In this document: positions 61,142 to 64,000 of the stretch, piece after piece
How positions within the stretch are numbered: the first letter of the stretch is position 1
Layout of the letters: each line of letters starts with the position of its first letter
IMG/VR virus record: IMGVR_UViG_3300030010_000003
Strand: one strand, 5' to 3'
DNA: 64,000 nt
Origin: an uncultured virus (IMG/VR IMGVR_UViG_3300030010_000003)
Lineage: Duplodnaviria; Heunggongvirae; Uroviricota; Caudoviricetes
Notes under the pieces: generated by a model
The model's input: only the letters and a program-made list of their open reading frames with translations
Told to the model about the DNA's origin: nothing
The model's database searches: none
Program-made: the position numbers and the translations under genes

Positions 61142-62368
61142 CTATGACCAGTGGTCCGTCGTCTGCTGGATGATGCCCATCACCCCTGCGTCCGTGTCGT
61201 CGATCAGCAGCGGCGTGCGGTTGGCCTTGGTGTCCCCGCCCATCCTCAGCATCAGCGTGTCGGCGATGCACACCTCCAGCAGATCGGTGAGGTAGTGATG
61301 GTTGTAGAAGACCTCCTTCGGCTTGCCCTTCCACTGGCACTCCACGACCTCCTGCGCCGTGTTGCCTGCCCGGTCCCTACTCTTGACCTCCAGAGCCCAG
61401 TCCGTGGCGCTACGGGCCCCCCTGACGATGCTGAGGGACACCACGGCGATGTCAGGGTCGGCGTTGATCCGCACCCGCTTGATCGCCTCGTACAGCTCGT
61501 TGCGATCCACCAGCAGCCCGAGGGTGTTGGTGATCTGCGGCCCGAGCAGCAGGGACTGCACGTCAGGGAACGGCAGGAGCATCCTCTGGGCCACGATGGA
61601 GTCGGCCCCCACCCGGAACACCAGATGGCGCTCGTCGAAGCCCATGAGCAACTCGTCGGCCCCGTCGAGGGCCTTGATCAGCTCGTCGACCGTCCGCACC
61701 GGGATGGTGGTGTCCATGGCCGGGTCGAGCCCCGCCACGGTGGCCTTGTGCAGCCGTCCCCCGTCGCAGGCGACGATGGCGGAGTCCTTGACCTTGACCT
61801 GCATCAGGGACACCCGGGCGTCTGAGGTGGAGGCAGCCTTGCGGGCAGCCATCAGGGCGCACAGGAAGGGAACCACCGGCACAGGAGCCAGCTTGATTCC
61901 AGAAACCTCGTCGAGCCCCAGCAGGTTCATTTCCCCCACAGGTACCTGCACGGTCCAGCGGGCGCGGCCCGAGCGCACCAGAGCGGTGGAGCCCACCACA
62001 GTGATGTCGACCCGGGTGGTCGGAGCCAGCTTCAGGATGTCCAGCATCCGCTTGGGCGGCAGCAGGACAGCGCCGGGCACCTTGACGTCGACACCGTCCT
62101 CCACCACGGAGACCGTCTGCTCCCCGTCGGTGGCCGTGATCCGGAGATGCGCGGCCACCTCGGAGGTGGTGGGAACAGCCTCGAACAGCGCGAAGGCCGT
62201 GCCCGGCACGATCTCCCGGACGGGTGTGACCCCGTTGGCCCGGGAGAACAGCGCCTTCAGCTTGGCGACGTCGGCCTTGATCGACAGCGACGCCGACGAC
62301 GGCAGGATCTCGGGGACAAGGTCGTCCTCCAGCTCGCTGAGTTCGAGCAGGCTCATCTGGTCAGACAT
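61142..62368 (-). CDS. dnaN: DNA polymerase III beta sliding clamp
   Basis: ITATDGE..VPGAVLLP, ACDGGRL, TIPVR, FPDVQSLL, VDRNELYEAIKRV, YN..YLTDLL, PLLI. Confidence 0.88.
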   Translation of the reverse strand: MSDQMSLLELSELEDDLVPEILPSSASLSIKADVAKLKALFSRANGVTPVREIVPGTAFALFEAVPTTSEVAAHLRITATDGEQTVSVVEDGVDVKVPGAVLLPPKRMLDILKLAPTTRVDITVVGSTALVRSGRARWTVQVPVGEMNLLGLDEVSGIKLAPVPVVPFLCALMAARKAASTSDARVSLMQVKVKDSAIVACDGGRLHKATVAGLDPAMDTTIPVRTVDELIKALDGADELLMGFDERHLVFRVGADSIVAQRMLLPFPDVQSLLLGPQITNTLGLLVDRNELYEAIKRVRINADPDIAVVSLSIVRGARSATDWALEVKSRDRAGNTAQEVVECQWKGKPKEVFYNHHYLTDLLEVCIADTLMLRMGGDTKANRTPLLIDDTDAGVMGIIQQTTDHWS

Positions 62369-62564
62369 AGAGCTTCACCAGCAGGGCGTTGATCAGGTCG
62401 TGGGTGGCGTCGATGTAGTCGTAGAGGGTCTCGTTGCCCCCCTTGTTGAGCTTCTCGACCTTCTTCAGGAGCTTGGCCAGCTCCTTCTTGGTGGGTACTC
62501 CCTGACCGCTGCCGCTGCGCTCGTACGAGGCGTCTTCGACTGCCTGTTTCAGAACCTTGTTCAT
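62361..62564 (-). CDS. Hypothetical protein
   Basis: ATGA overlap, GGAGG RBS. Confidence 0.55.
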   Translation of the reverse strand: MNKVLKQAVEDASYERSGSGQGVPTKKELAKLLKKVEKLNKGGNETLYDYIDATHDLINALLVKLYV

Positions 62565-63001
62565 GAGGCCTCCCAGCCCGGGACGATGGTGGTGGGGATG
62601 CCGTGACTCTGCCAGAGCTTGATCACGGCGGGGTTGTCGTCAAACGCACGGATCGGGGTGTAGCCCAGATCGAGGATGCGCTTCAGGATGTCGGCCTTCA
62701 CGAAGAAGTCCGGACGCTGGTCATCATCGTTGCGCATCCACAGGCCGTCGCTCGGCACATCGTGCATGGCCAGCCACCACGCGGTGTGATTCCGGAAACG
62801 ATGCACCCGGGCGGTCACCACGAGGATGGCCACCCCGGAGGCGTGCAGAGCCTGCGCGCGCTTCACCACCCACTGGTTGGCGGGCACGTTCACGCTGGCG
62901 CGGTGGAAGGCGTCGAAGTTCCTGACGGGTCCGTTCACGAAGTGCCGGATGCTCCGCACGTCAGCGAGCGTGCCGTCCATGTCGAAGATTGCAGCTCGCA
63001 T
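62561..63001 (-). CDS. HAD phosphatase (polynucleotide kinase 3'-phosphatase-like)
   Basis: IFDMDGTLAD, VTAR, MR..D.RPD..K, FDDNP. Confidence 0.85.
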   Translation of the reverse strand: MRAAIFDMDGTLADVRSIRHFVNGPVRNFDAFHRASVNVPANQWVVKRAQALHASGVAILVVTARVHRFRNHTAWWLAMHDVPSDGLWMRNDDDQRPDFFVKADILKRILDLGYTPIRAFDDNPAVIKLWQSHGIPTTIVPGWEAS

Positions 63002-63014
63002 CGGGAGCCTCCTT

Positions 63015-63293
63015 TCAGGAATCGCGGGTGACGTCGAGGATGGCATCCAGAGCCTCAAGGTAGGTCTCACACACCTTGGACCCCATCAGGCCGGAGAGCA
63101 TCCGGTCGGACTGGTAGTTGGCGATGTACTCGACGTTGCTGCGGGCCATCACGACCACGAGGTGGGTCGGGTGGTTGTAGTTCGGGTTGTCGTAGCTGAC
63201 CACCCGGTGGGCGGTGCTGTAGAGGTACCGCTCGACGGTGGCGGCTGGAGCATTGGTGACGACCAGCCAGCGGACGTTCGGATCCCCGCTCAC
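63015..63293 (-). CDS. Hypothetical protein
   Basis: GTGA overlap with the upstream gene. Confidence 0.55.
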   Translation of the reverse strand: MSGDPNVRWLVVTNAPAATVERYLYSTAHRVVSYDNPNYNHPTHLVVVMARSNVEYIANYQSDRMLSGLMGSKVCETYLEALDAILDVTRDS

Positions 63294-63925
63294 TTCGCGT
63301 CCGTCCGCATCCAGATGGCCACGACGGCACCCCGGTTGGCCGAGTTGTTGCTCGGCTTGTAGTTCCCGGTCTTGCGCATCAGGCCCCTGCGAGAGGCGGA
63401 GGAGAACAGCGCACCGACGGCGTTGTTGCGGTTCGGCGTGTCGGTGTCCGGGTGGGGCAGGTCGACAGCCCTCACCAGCTCGTTGGCGGAGAAGAGCGTG
63501 CCTGCCGGGAGCTTGACGATCCACGCGTTGGCGCGCTCGGCCCATGCCGCTGCTCCGGTGAGTGCCTTGGTCTGGCCCTCCTCCTTCAGCATGAGGCCCT
63601 TGGCCAGACCCTTGAGGCCTCGGTCGGTGTTGCTCAGCAGCTTCTCCGGCATGGTGTCCATCGGCACTGCCGTGACGACGATGTCGGCTTCCTCCGCGAG
63701 GAACTGAGCCACCCTGACCTCGACCCCGGTGTAGGGAGCGTCCACGAGCTTGGGGGTCGTGCCCTTGATCATCACCAGTTCGCCGGGCTGCATCCCGCTC
63801 AGCGGGAGAGCGTCCTGCACGGGCTCGGTGATGGGTGCCGGGGGCTGGCCGGGGAGACGCCGGGTGACCGCGATGGGATTGGCCATCAGGCCCCTGCGCA
63901 GCTTGTCGTACTTGCCCTTGCTCAT
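63290..63925 (-). CDS. Hypothetical early protein
   Basis: Directly behind a consensus promoter. Confidence 0.7.
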   Translation of the reverse strand: MSKGKYDKLRRGLMANPIAVTRRLPGQPPAPITEPVQDALPLSGMQPGELVMIKGTTPKLVDAPYTGVEVRVAQFLAEEADIVVTAVPMDTMPEKLLSNTDRGLKGLAKGLMLKEEGQTKALTGAAAWAERANAWIVKLPAGTLFSANELVRAVDLPHPDTDTPNRNNAVGALFSSASRRGLMRKTGNYKPSNNSANRGAVVAIWMRTDAK

Positions 63926-63964
63926 GCTGACCGCCTTGTTTCGTGAATCTGGGTTGACGTCTCT

Positions 63965-63993
63965 AGTATAAGACTGTCCTTACCTAGAGTCAA
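63965..63993 (-). promoter_or_regulatory. SigmaA-type early promoter TTGACT-17-TATACT
   Basis: Near-consensus. Confidence 0.8.
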
Positions 63994-64000
63994 GCTCGAT

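Overview
A 64-kb segment of a large, high-GC tailed dsDNA phage (siphovirus-like architecture, most likely infecting an actinobacterium). Essentially all real genes lie on the minus strand, and the long plus-strand ORFs are antisense shadows. In transcription order (right to left): small early genes behind host sigmaA-type promoters; PNK-type phosphatase, beta sliding clamp, half-SbcC and DnaX; a glycosyltransferase/methyltransferase cluster; terminase, portal, MuF, a 2096-aa polyvalent protein, protease/scaffold, decoration and capsid; neck genes with an inserted EndoVII gene and a GT4; major tail, frameshifted tail chaperones, tape measure and tail-tip genes; then SNF2, two sigma factors, DnaB, primase parts, delta'/delta clamp-loader subunits, family A polymerase, SSB, RuvC-like and RecA. 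The main signals are (1) a chimeric replisome, with a PolA carrying a DnaE-like C-terminal domain plus a phage-encoded Pol III-type clamp and clamp loader, and (2) an apparent three-tier sigma cascade with two novel promoter motifs, GGCGTACCAGTA and GGCCGATCTTC, that often appear to drive leaderless mRNAs. Further signals are virion glycosylation genes, structured RNA leaders and a homing endonuclease flanked by a 20-bp duplication. All calls come from motif recognition by eye; no searches were run. No tRNA, CRISPR, integrase or lysin was recognised.
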